The position numbers were made by a program, and so were the translations under genes. Source: Sphagnum compactum (taxonomy: Eukaryota). Taken from it: a DNA stretch of 64,000 nt. The notes under the pieces were generated by a model. It was given only the letters and a program-made list of their open reading frames with translations, did no database searches and was not told where the DNA came from. How positions within the stretch are numbered: the stretch's first letter is position 1; the number at the start of each line of letters is the position of its first letter. The DNA lies in assembly GCA_965153455.1 (NCBI GenBank), contig OZ234494.1, positions 7,626,001 through 7,690,000 on the forward strand, in the 5' to 3' direction. This document shows positions 13,450-26,100 of this stretch, piece after piece.

Positions 13450-16400
13450 CCTATGCCCAAATGTGCTCCAACTTTTATCCAGAGATGCCCATCATTCCCA
13501 TCCTTCCTAATTTACCTTGGTTAATCCCTTCACCCTTTTTGGGTCCATCAACCCCCTTTTCGTCTCTCTTGCCACACCCACTAGGAGCTTCTCCCATATT
13601 TGTCATGCAATCCTTTCCTCCATGACCTCACATTCCCTATTCTTTTTGTGGTCATTTGTTCAATGTAGAGGGGTGAGAGGTAGCACGACACTAACTTTCA
13701 TGCATTGTTCAAGGCAATCATCTATCTTAAAGGGAGTGTTGCCTTTAGTTTTGCCATGTTTTCCTCCCTCTTTAGCATGGACATGGATTACATCCATAGA
13801 CATCACTGATGCTTTCCATTCGGGTTTACCGCATCCTCGTTCTCACCATCATATCCCATATGCACTTCGAGTTGATGTTCATCGAGCTTTGCATATCCTT
13901 TTGTTTCGATTCACATATGATATTTTTTATGTTGTAGCATGGCATTTTTTTTGTTATTCCCTTTTTGGTGTTTATCCTTTCCTCCACAGGGTGGTGAAAA
14001 AGGCCACCAAGATATTTGCGTTCGCTTACGTCAATACATGGGTGGTGATTAGGAGGCAGTGTAGGAAGAGCACATGATTAAAACACTTGCTCTAGCATTT
14101 CGCATACGTTTGGAGTCCACTCTAGATCCTACCCCACCTCCATTAGCACGATTATGTCGCGCATGGGCCTTTGTTCATGTAGGGGAATATGTTTGAGCAA
14201 TACACGCATTAATTCCAAGCACACCTATAGCCCCATTTGATGAGACCACAAAAGTCCTCCATCTTCTCCACCTTCCTACTGAGGTTGATCTCCCCCCTTT
14301 TGTTGATGACTTCCATCCTAAAATGAAGGTTACTTTAGATTAGGAGGCATTTGTCTTTGCCTTAGTTTATTCACCACATCTCTCTTCTGATGGCCTTTAC
14401 GAAACTGTTTTATCCTAGATGGTTGTGCAAATGGCTACGACCTTTTCTTCGAGGTATGTGGGCACATTGTTCAAAGTCATGTTCCACCTTCAGTATCACG
14501 TTTACTTTCTGCATCTCAACTCTTAGCATTGGAGAAACAATTTGGAGGCATACGTCCCATCGCGATCAGTGAGGTGACCTATTGCTTAGCTGCCCACATT
14601 TTGGCTATTCAATTTAGGGATATTCTTGCGGAACATTTTAGTCCTCATTAGTTTGGTGTAGCGACTTGTGGTGGGTGTGAGACAATGGTTCACGGTGTTC
14701 AAGCAATGTTAAATTTGCACCTAGATTGGGTGGTGTTATAGGTGGATGTCCGTAACACCTTCAATTCGATGTCACGGTCAACCATTTTTTAGGAATTACA
14801 GTCTTTGCCTGGTTCTTTGGATCAACTTTTCCCATTTGTTCAATGATTCTACACACACCCATCCCCATTGTATTTTTCCCAGGCTTCCCAACATGGGGAT
14901 TTCATAAACATTTCATCAAAGTTTGGTACACGACAAGGGGACCCATCGGGAGGAGTGTTGTTTGCTCTAATTCACCTTTGCATTTTTCGCGCCCTATTGT
15001 AACAGCCCACCTTACTTGTGTTTTCCCTTCCTTGGCGGATGATACACATATGGTAGGTGTTGCATCAAATGTGGTTCTTGTGCTTTTACAATTGTAGGAA
15101 TTATTAGCATTAGGTCTTTCGGTGTAGCCAACAAAGTGTGTAGTTTGGTTTCTCCAGGGGTTGGATCACTCTATATCACTTCCTCTTGGTTTTCTTACTT
15201 TCGACTCGGGTTTTCGTATTTTGGGTGCATTAGTGGGATCTACATCATTTGTTGAGTCATTTGTGGTTGAAGCTCTCCATGAGAATTTTGGGACGAGATT
15301 TAGTTCCCTGTGCTTGCAGATCTTCAGGCGTTTTGTGATGTTTTCATTATGTTGTGCCCAACACCCAGGCTACTTGCTTTGTATAGTGTTTCCATCTTTA
15401 GGTATTTTGTAGCATTATGCTAAGTTCAATACTCGTACCATAACTATGGTGGAAAAGTTACTTGGTGTGGGATTTTTTGGTGGTTCTATCCATCATTTAA
15501 CTCATTGTCAGGCCATTCTTCCTGATTCTTTGGGCGAGTTTGGCTTCTTTTCTATGGTTCGGATTGCTTCCCCCTCATTCTTGGGGTGTTGGGCACTGAT
15601 TGTTCTTGCACTTGTCACTCATTTCCAACAGGATGATTACTCTATTCTTTTCGATGTAGTAGCACATGTTGAGATCCACACTTCCCTGTTCCAGATGACA
15701 TATTGAGATGTTCAAGCCATGTTACACCAGAGTGTCTGTTTTCATGTCCCACCTTTTGAGAGCCTAATGGTTCGGTCTTACTCCCAATTGTAGGTTTTTT
15801 TGGTGGATCGCTTACATGAACAAGAGTTTGCTTCCCTTTTAATAAACGCTCTTTCAAATATCGCATGAGCACATCTCTACTCATGTGAAAGGTCCAAAGG
15901 CAGATGCTTAGCTATTAGCTCATCCTACCACACCAACATTCCGTTTGTCATTGACCCATTTTTTTATAGCACTATGTACCCGTCTTGGTTTACTATATCC
16001 TATAGTTATGCACCTTTCACGGTGTTAATGTGGTCATACCATTGACAATCTAGGTACCCATTTGTTTCGATGCCCCTGTGAGAGTGAATGTACAGTAGCC
16101 CACGACACACTTTATGATATTATTGCAACTATTGGTTTGGAGAGCAGAACACATGTTCAAAGGGAAGTCTCCCACCTTTTTCCTCGCCACATCTGATGAC
16201 AAATGGATTTTTTATACTAGAGACGGCGTCCATACTTTGATGGACATTGTCATTGCTAACTTGACTCACACAGATATAGTGCAGTGAGCATCGACGACGA
16301 CATCACATGTAATGACGATTGTTTTCAGGAAATAACACAATCCTACGCCAAACGAGCACCAGACAATGCCTTCATTCCCCTTGCTATTGAGATGTATGGG

Positions 16401-16860
16401 TGTCTTCATTCTTGTTTTGAATTAATCCTGATCGCTTGTGCATAGACCATTATTGTGCGTCATCAACGATCTTCTTTAGTCCCCTCTATGTTCATTTCCC
16501 ACTATTGACAACATGTGTCCATAGCCTTGTAGCATGCGCAAGCCATATCAATTCTTCAGCGAGTTGCTGCACTTGGTCAAGGTTCCTCATCTTTTCCACA
16601 CATCATAGCTAGTGCACCTCTATCACTAGTCAATTTGTGGCAGACGACAACTTTCTCATCTTAAGTTTTCTTTGTTATCGTTGATCGTCATTTCATAGCC
16701 TTGGGTCATATTTGCATAGGGTTTTCTTTTCCTTATATTTTGTTGATTGTTGGCTTTTGTTTTTTTTCTTTTAGATTGTGTCTATTTGTGCTATCATTTG
16801 CCTGGTACTTTTGATGGATGGGTTCCCATCCTTGATTTTTATATACATGGTTTTTCTTTA
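13450..16860 (+). mobile_element. Degenerate CRE-clade non-LTR retrotransposon (RT plus CCHC zinc knuckle plus restriction-like endonuclease)
   Basis: Broken frames give LALEKQFGGIRPIAISEV (~14520), PH*FGVATCGGCETMVHGV, VDVRNTFNSMSR (~14740), GTRQGDP (~14925), FPSLADDTH (~15025), GFRILGALVG (~15210), ADA*LLAHP..FRLS..ALCTRLGL..C*CGHTIDNLGTHLFRC..AHDTL (15900-16110), MDIVIA and FIPLAIEMYG (16240-16400). This order and these motifs match CRE/Cnl1-like elements. A T-rich 3' region follows. Boundaries are approximate. Confidence 0.8.
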
Positions 16861-17025
16861 TGATATCAGGTGCTCTCAGAATACAATAGGAAAGCACTCC
16901 CAGTGCTGTATTAAAATTTAAGATCATCAAAGACATTGATTTCCACAGCAATTACTGACTACCAAAGGGGTCTAGCTCTAGTGATTGCCAGTTGCACACG
17001 TGAGCTCTAAAACCTCAAACTGGGA

Positions 17026-17034
17026 TTAGGGTTT
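17026..17034 (-). promoter_or_regulatory. Telo-box (AAACCCTAA on the minus strand) ~90 nt upstream of the REV3 ATG
   Basis: TTAGGGTTT on the + strand. Telo-boxes are established near plant genes expressed in cycling cells, but the motif is frequent in this window, so function is uncertain. Confidence 0.35.
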
Positions 17035-17125
17035 ATGTTGCTTTCGGCAGGTTTTGTTGAAGAGCTTTTGTTTGTGCAGCACAGGTAGGTAAGTATGTTG
17101 GGGTGAACTAGAGAGTGAGCAAATC

Positions 17126-20100
17126 ATGATGGCAGCAGGGGCAAGGCATGATGATGATGAAGAAGAAGGTGTTGGTGGCTTATCAATAGGTAAAGGGAAG
17201 AAAGGAGGAGGACCCATGTTTAGCATGCGGATTGTGAGTCTGGAATACTACATGGCTCCTCCCCTGCCGGGCATGGATGTGTGCTACTCTCAATTTCAAG
17301 GTGAGACTAATGCTTTTACCCAATCCACTGCCAGCCAGGAGGAACGTGAAAAGATCTCTTGTAGCGAATTCTAATCCAGCCAGCTTTATCCTAGCTAGGA
17401 TTCCTCTTTCACTACTACTCCTTGCCATAGGACCCTTATAGCTTGTCTTTTGTTAAGTGTTGATGAGGGTTTCCAAGGGAGCTGTAACGTGTTTTTCTCT
17501 GCAGGATGTGCTGTGAATGAGGTGCCAGTGGTTCGCATTTATGGGTCCACACCAGCAGGCCAGAAGGCATGCTTACATTTGCACCAGGTAATTTTGTCAT
17601 TTATAAGTTATTTGTAATCCTTGGTAGTGGGATGTTATTATTGTATGCTCTGGTAACTGAAATCTAATTGATGTTGCGAATCCTGTTTGGAAGATGAAGT
17701 TCATTTTAAACCAAATATTGTACAGGTGTTCCCATATTTTTATGTGCCATATGATGAAGACCTCCCACAAGACATCAAGGAAGGTATGAGTTTTACCAGC
17801 TAAAATTGTCCCAAGCTGGATATAACATGTGTAGGGTTTCGGGTTTAGGGTTAGGTTCCCAATTGACTGCTGCAACACATGCAAGACCCTGTTTGAAACC
17901 AATATAAATTTATCATAATTAGTGGGCAATCTCAGAATTAAACTTGATGGCAGAACAATATACCTTGTTGATATTTGTGTGGATCTTACTGCTATGGTTG
18001 AAATTTCAGCACTGGCGTATGTGCGTTGTCTGGCATCTGCGGTTGAGAAAGCAATAAAGGTTAGGGTAATCTGCGCCATGACCTAAAAGAAAATTTCATT
18101 CTTGTTGCTCGAGATGATCAGTAGATACAATTTCGCTGTATAAATTGAATGAAATGACTCTATTTGATGACTCATGTATGTGCAGCTAACAACCAACATG
18201 GCGGCAAAGAAGCAACATGTGCATAGCTGTAGCCTGGTGCGTGCGCGCAAGTACTATGGTTACCACCCAGCTGAGCAGCTCTTCATCAAGATTGTTTTGT
18301 ATCCTCCTCATTGCCCCCTTTCCATCCACTTTTGTTGAATCTGTAACTGTAACATTTTCCAGTCCTCAACTCCAAACCCTATATTATAAGTTGCCTCCTC
18401 CTCACCCTCCTCTCCGCAATAGTTAAGCTTTTCCTCTGTGCAAAGAAAATCGAGGACTCTTGTTGCCAGAGCTCTTCTTTAACCACTGCACAGGTACCAT
18501 CCCCAGGATGTGTCTCGCATCGGCACAATGTTAATGGTATGCTATTCTTCTCCATCAAAATGTTCTTCAATGTTCTGTGCTTGAATTGTGGTTCACAATA
18601 CAAAAAGTCTTTGGAGCTGATGGTTGGCATGGAATGGCAGGGTGGAGGCATAATGAACCGCAAGTTTCAGCCCCATGAAGCACATGTTCCATATCTGCTA
18701 CAGCTTTTGGTACACCTTTTCAAACCAATCTGTAGTTTTCTGAGACAATCTATTTCTGTGTTATTGATGATGATAGGGTACTTAACACCATCTGCATCTC
18801 ACAGATTGAGGTTATGCCCTGGTTATGCAATTGTCTGATGGTCTTTAGGCTCCTAAAGCTCCCTGAGTTTGCCTGCTTCTCAGGGATTAGATTGTTGTCA
18901 ACTAGAGAGAGTTGTCAACCTGTTTGCTGAATACTCCCAAATTCTTCAAATCCATGGTGTCAAGTTTTCAACAGAATGATATAATTGTTTTGTATGCAGA
19001 TTGACCAGAATTTGTCAGGAATGAGTCACATTCATCTTTCAGGCCTGAAGTTCCGGCACCCCTTGCCAGAAAGCCTGATTGACATTGCCCATGTGCTCAA
19101 GCAGCTGAAGACTGAGTTTGCTAGCCAGGCCAGTATCTCAACACCTGAAGCACCACATGCATCATCATCTCCTCAGGATGTCCTGACGGTGCCTCGTGCT
19201 GCTGGCATGGAAACATTGACACCTCCATTGAGTAATGAAAAATGGGCTGCAGGAGCAAATGGCACCAGCCAGGCACAAGTTTGGGTGGGGGCCACTGTAC
19301 CTTCCCATTGGCAGTGGCCTGGTCATTATGGGAGTGGAGGACCGTTTGCCAGGCACAGCACCTGTGCACTTGAAGCTGATGCATCAGTAGAAGGTGTTGT
19401 GACTAAGTTGACCATAAAACTCTCAGACACTGATGACGTCCTGACCTGGTTGACCTTAAGAATCTGACCAGGCTCAGAATCCTGTTGCTTGGTTGCTTGT
19501 TCAAATAGGTTTAGGGTGTAGGGTTTAGAGAAATGCTTAGAGGGCAAAATTTTGTTTAACTGACGTGTAAATCTGATGGTTTGACTTTGTAGAAATTTTG
19601 AATCGGCATGAGCTGCTATTCATGCCATTGCAGCAGGCTGGATCTGCAATCAGAATGGTTCAGTCCTTAACACCCATGTGGGAGGTAAGAGGCCTCATGG
19701 CTTGCCTTTGGGTCCTAGCCACATTGCTTGTGGCTTGATGATTGATATCATATGTGTGAATGGGACATTAAGGGGACAGAATGTGGTGCAGGAGGAGCGT
19801 GTGAGGAGTGGAGAAGGTGGACCTGCATCGGCAACTGCAGTTTTGCAGCCATCAGCAGAGCGAGTTATATCCTCACCATCTGCTCTTGAGCAAGCACTGC
19901 GGGCTTCACTGTCTGAAATGATTCAAGGGAATGAGATGCTTTCTCAGGCAGAAGTGGACAGTTTGCAGAATTCTGTGGGTAAGACACAGGAGATGTTACT
20001 GGAATCCACCCAGGCAGCCAATAGTGTGAGGCAACCAGGAGGATCAAATGAGATGGGACATTTCTCAGAGACTATGGTTGCTGTGGAAGCTGTTGATGCT

Positions 20101-23100
20101 GAACTTCTTAATGAGCAAATTGTTCGCACTTCACTCACACAACAGGACCTGACCTCGCAGGTACAGCAGAACAGTCTTGAATAATACACAACTGGGGAAT
20201 TCAAGTTAAGGTCTACTACCATTGAGGGTTTGCTGTTGTTGCAATATCTGATGCTGTTGATGGGGTGGAGGACTTCTCACAGACCTGAATATGCAATTTT
20301 TTTCTCACTGATTGTGTTGTATTGAGGGAGCAGGAAGAGGTGGCAGAGCTCCTTAGATGGATGGGTGCTTCCCTAGATGATCGTGATGGGGATGATAGCT
20401 GTAGCAAAGATGAGCAGGGTCATGAAGCTTATGATTTGAGCCAGGTGTGGGGATCAGCAGGCATGGAGGCAGCTATGTTGCAAGCAATATCTGAGTATGA
20501 AACTGAGACACACCAAGAATGTCAAGCTATCCTCGAGTGTGTTGATGATGATGATGAGAGTGACACTGAAGAAAATGTGGAGGACCTCTTTGAAGCTGTC
20601 TTAGAGAACAATGAGGGCATTGGAAGGATAGGTGCAGCCCGAGAACAATTCAGTAATCAAGAGCCTGAATCTTCTTTCCAAATTCCTCAAATTGATGGTG
20701 CGGGCGATGATGATGTAGCAGAACCTGCCTCTTCTCCAATACGAAAAAGATTGCGAAAGTGTGTGAAAGACAGTCCCTGTCATGTTGGCAAGGAAGAAGG
20801 GTGCAATATCCATGGACGAGAAGCACAGAGGAGAGTTCAGTCTGCATGGGGATCACTACCCATCACATTTGTACCTTTGGGATGCAAGAATGAAAGACAA
20901 GTATCAAGGACAGAGAGAACCATTCCTCGCCAAGCTGTCAGATGTCCATGTGAGAGCAGCTCACATATCCCACAGCATGACAAGGTGGAGGTAAGTCATA
21001 CTGATGCTTCAGGACCTGTGATTTCACAAGAGTACAGGGAAGGATCGAAGGAGGTAGAAACAGGGAAGGAAGTGTCATTGCGTTCTCTGATGAGGAGGCA
21101 GCGTAAGAGGCAACCTCATCATCAGAGGAAATGTTCACCATCAAGGGGTCCTTCTTCCAGAGACAGTCACAGTGAAAGGGAGCACTCCAGTGAAGTTGCA
21201 GCTGGGAATCTTGTGAAAACTGAATTTGGAGGGTGCACAGATACAATATTCCCTGATGCAGTTATTGCAGATGAAGAAGTATCACAAAAGCATGCAGTTC
21301 CTGCAGCAGAGCTTGGTAAATACCATGGTACCCAAAAGTCGTCTCAGAAATTGTCTCAAGATCAAAGAAATTTGGTACAGAAAGAGGGAAGGCGGCTGCC
21401 CACATTTGCTGTGCTACCTGTAGTAAACATGGGTATGGAACCAGATTCAGCAGATTTACAACCCAGGAAGCATATGCTCCATAAGGCTCAGAGAAGTCCA
21501 ACAGAAGGTCAGTTTTCAGGAGAAGATCCAAGGGATAGGCCATCAGAAGATCAGTTGCCCTTTGAATCCTCTGGAGAATATCAACACACCCGGCTAGACT
21601 CAGAGGTGAACAAGAACCAGGAACACTGTGGAGAGTGGGGATTTGGATTGCTCCAAAGTGGTGATCATCGGGACTGTGGAGGTGGTAGCCAATCATGTGT
21701 GAAGATTACTGCTAGTAGGGTGCTAGAAAGAGAAAGACATCAGTTTGCCACATTGTCAGAAGGAGAAACAGTGTCTCCTCTGCATCTTTTTTCAAAGGAG
21801 TACCAGGACCTTCACCTAGCATCCTCCCTTGGCCTGACAGCCACCAATATATTCACATCTGAAAACCCCAAGTTTGATATAAAGGACTCCTTATCTGCAG
21901 CGGCAGCAGTGAAACCTCTTATGGACACCGCCCTTGGGAGCTCTCATGCATCACAGAGGTTGTTGGTACATGAGGGCAAATTGGATACACGTCTGTATAC
22001 ACCTGGAAGTCTAGAAGAGATGGAAACACAGACATCTGCAGGGGGGGGACCCCCAGAAGAGAGAACAGAAAATGGTGCTCTTGCTTCACCAGTGGGAACA
22101 ATAGTCTTAGATCCTGTCACCAATGATCCAGATGGTGGCAGAAGGCATATTGTCACTCTGAGTAATCTGCTGATTGTGGGTCATGTGGACGGAGAGCCTA
22201 ATGTTGAAGAGGAATTTCTGCTGGAAGCAGCAGAAGAAGGCATTATCATAGAACAACCACTCTCCTCTGGAAGACGACTCCTGCCAATTGTTGATCATGA
22301 GGTTGAAAGAGGGGCAGTGTCAATTGGACAATCAAAGGCTCCAGCAGGACAGATCAGCAATGACAACATGAGGATTGCAGATGAGAGTGGCATGCGAAGC
22401 AGTGGTTTGTATCTGGTTCATGCAAAATCGGAACCAAGAGTTCAGGAAGATGTTACGTTGCAGACAGACGAAACTCAAATGGGACTGTGTTCTAATATCG
22501 CTGTTGAAGCTTCCAGGGGACAGAACAGCAACAATGGAATGGCTATTGTGAGGCAAGTTGCCAAAGTAGATAGTGCTCTTCTCACAGTTCCCACAGAATT
22601 GGACTTCAGACTGCATCATCTGGTGGAGACTGGATGTGATGGGCCTGTGGGTGGTGCTTACAAGTCTCAGCATCAAGTTTCTGACAAATCTAAGCAACTC
22701 ATACATTTCACTGATATATCAGATGAAAGCAGTGGTGACAGCTTTGACTGGGGTGATGATGGGGGAGATTTCAGTATGTTGTCAGGTAGGGGTCATGAGG
22801 AGGATTCGGAGGATGAATCCCTGTGGTACCCAAGGACTGGTAGGGGTCCAGACAGACACACTGATGTTGAGTTAGAAATGGAGAATACTGTTGTTGCAAC
22901 AGCAACAATGGCAACTGTTAGTAATGAAGAGCAGCACAAGGCCTCACTTCTTGCTGCCTTAGAAACAACCAGTGTCTCACTGGAAGCAAACCAGGTTGTC
23001 TCAGATGTGCCCATCAACACTGGTAGAAGCTTGTTAGTTGTTCCAGACTTGAGGATGTCTGAACTCCCCACTCTGCTGGATCTGGTGGTGGTACCAGAGT

Positions 23101-26100
23101 ACAAAAGTCCTTGTTATACCACTCCTGAGCAAGAGCCTCATGAGTTGGAGCAACAACAGCCTGTACCATTGCCAAATGTGTCTGAGAGGAAACATGGGGG
23201 GAAAAAAGTAACTTTCAGTGAGCCATCGGTGATACGGAATGCACAAATAGACACAACAGAGGAGGAGGAGGAGAAGCTCATCCCAGTTCAGTACCATCAA
23301 GAGCCACCGAAAAAAGCAGCTCTTTTGGCAAACCTTGACCAATATGGCTTGAAACCTGTGGAGTACGGGGGCGCCTTTTATGGGAACTCAAAGGATGTTC
23401 CACCTTGGCCTATGATATCAGCAGGCTTGATATTTGACGGTAAGATGGAAGGTGTTGAAGTGGGGATCTTACCTGTTCTGCAATTTGTTCTCTATTTTCT
23501 AAGCATGAAAAGTCATGCTTTCAGAAGTTGAACTTTCATAACAAATGTGGTGAATTTGACCTTTCTCCATTTGCAGTGAAATCAAAGGACGTGCAAGATT
23601 TGCCTCCGTTTGTATTCCCATCTGAAGATAAGAATAGTGGTTGCGGTGATGGTGTGAGATGTGGTGGTGTTGCTGTGATCACGGAGGATTTGGGTGTGGA
23701 TCCATCATTAGTAGGGGTTCCTTGTCACTATGGAAATGATGGCTCTGTTTCCTATCTACTCACCCCGGCCAAGCTGCCTCCATCCCCATCTACAGTGCGG
23801 CAGTGGCTCTTGGATGTCACACATGTTTCCTCTACCTCACAAAACCATTCCAGTATTAGAGGGGACTGCATTTTCACCATCGATTCCAACACTGGCAAGC
23901 TTATTCCCCTTGGAATCAGAAGTAATGAGTCAAGCCAGGAAAGCTTGACAATGAAGGGTTCTGGTGATGATGATGATGATGATATGGAGTGTTTCAGGCC
24001 TGCATCGCCCAAGTATGATGAGAAACATGTTCTGGCAAACCCAAGCTATAACCGTCTCCTTCCTTTGCATCCACATGTACAGTCTCAGCCAGGTGCTGTC
24101 AGACAGGTGCAAACAAGTGCCCCACTATCGAGCTCCAATCCTGTCACTCCTCAACAAACCACTCCTGTAAATTCTCAGTCTTCAAGTGAGATTGTTGCTG
24201 GAGAACCCAATGTGCTGAAGCCTTTGAACAACTCTGATCAACGTTTATGTGTTGTTCAGTCTTCAGGAGTGGTGAATATTATGGGAAGCTCCTCCTCTCA
24301 CCTTGTGATGCCACCACCACCACTTCTACCTGCCCATAACCCACCACAACTCTCAGATTTGGGCACCAATTCTCTGCTGGAATCTGAGTTTAAGGAAGCT
24401 GGGACAAGCAAAGAGATTTCTTTAGAAAAGAAGTCCAATGAGCCAGGAGATAAACGGGTCACAGAATTGCAGCAGAAATGGCGTGATGTGTCACAAATCA
24501 CAGCCCCTTCTCCAGCCAAAGGGCAGTTGACTCCCTTCAGCCAGTCTGGGTTCCGAGACCCTGCTAGTGTAGGTGCTGGTCAGCAGGTTACATTGATGAG
24601 CATTGAGGTTGGTTGGGTTAACTCTGGTTAACGCTGTAAGGGATTTTGAAAGTGTCTATGATGGCATGGGAATTCGTAGCTTGATCATGAGTCACCAAAG
24701 GAGACACGCTGTGCAGGGTGCTTTCCTTCTGTGTGATGTCTTTTTTCCTGTAACTTGGAGCAATTATGTTGGAGAAAACCCATATTCTGATGATTGTGGT
24801 TTTGCTGATGGGATGGTTGGTGGGTGCAGGTGCATTCTGAGACTCGAGGTGACTTGCGGCCAGATCCTCGTTATGACACAATAGGGTGCATAGTAGTTGT
24901 GATAAAACATGATGACGAGGTGCATGCATCTTTCAATAACCAAACAGTGGTGCTGATTGTTGACGCTACTGCTACGTCTTCCGGACGGTATCTTGTTTCC
25001 TTGTTTGAAAACTGAATACTGAATGGTGTGACTGTATTATGTCATTGCCCAACATGCGTGTTTGTTCCTTGAAGAGAATTTTTTTGTTGATACTTGGGAA
25101 AGATTTGAGAGAGATGCAATGGGAATTTTTGTTTTTCAGATTTTTATTTAGGAACCAGCAGTTCTCTTCTTGCACACCAGAAAGGCAACAGAAACTCAGG
25201 ATGCAGATTGTGTATAATGGTTTGCCCAAGTTTTTGGGAAGATTATTATATGCTTATCTACACCCACTGTTGGGAGCTGATGAACTCAGTGGGTAGTCAT
25301 GGCAGCTCGTCACTGCCGTTCGTGATGAAGGTGATGGTCTGTCACTTTGTGAGCGACTCTCATGAGGTTATGACTGCACTCATTGTTGTGTTACCTTTAA
25401 TTGTTGTTGTGGAGATTTCTCTGCAACTTCATTGATCTTCTATCTCTTCTCTTCTTGCACACCACCTCTTACTATTGCACATGGATCTGCTTACAGTAAT
25501 GTGTTGGACTCGTTGTGCAGAAACATAGATGGTTTAACAGGCTGTGTGGTCATATACCTCTCAGATGAACTAGCTCTCTTCACCTGCTTTGTCCGCCTTG
25601 TCCATCTGTGCGACCCAGACATGCTAGTGGGCTGGGAGATTCAGGGTTTTTCACTCGGGCTGCTGGCAGAGAGAGCTGCCAATTTGGGTTTTGGCATTCT
25701 GAAGCAGCTTTCTCGAATACCACCAAGAACAAAAGCAGCCTCAAACAATGGATCTGCTGCTGTTTCAGGAATGCAGCAGCTTCAAAACTCGTTGTTTGGT
25801 GGGTCAAAGGTTGTTCCTCAGGAAACAGTTGGCATAAATGACCCCATCATTGAAGATGAATGGGGGCGAACACATGGGAGTGGCATTTTTGTTGGCGGTC
25901 GAGTAGTACTAAACCTTTGGCGTATAATGCGGGGGGAAGTGAAACTTGGTATCTATACCCTTGAAGCTGTTGCAGAGGCAGTGCTGAGGAGACGGGTTCC
26001 TCGAATACCTTGGTGCACTCTTACAAGGTGGTTTCGTCAAGGACCAGCCAGTGGCAGATTCAGATGCATTGAATACTTTGTGGATAGGGCAAGACTGAAC

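Noticed and set aside
13517-14077. 186-aa ORF as an independent gene
   Set aside because: It starts at TTG and is continuous with the decayed N-terminal part of the CRE retrotransposon ORF.
20322-23531. 1069-aa ORF as a stand-alone novel gene
   Set aside because: It starts at TTG and is bounded by in-phase splice sites (20334 and 23439) that link it to the N- and C-terminal REV3 exons. It is REV3 exon 11.
24988-25520. Second U12-type intron (donor GTATCTTG)
   Set aside because: The donor deviates from RTATCCT and there is no TCCTTAAC-like branch site 10-20 nt before the AG. Treated as U2-type.
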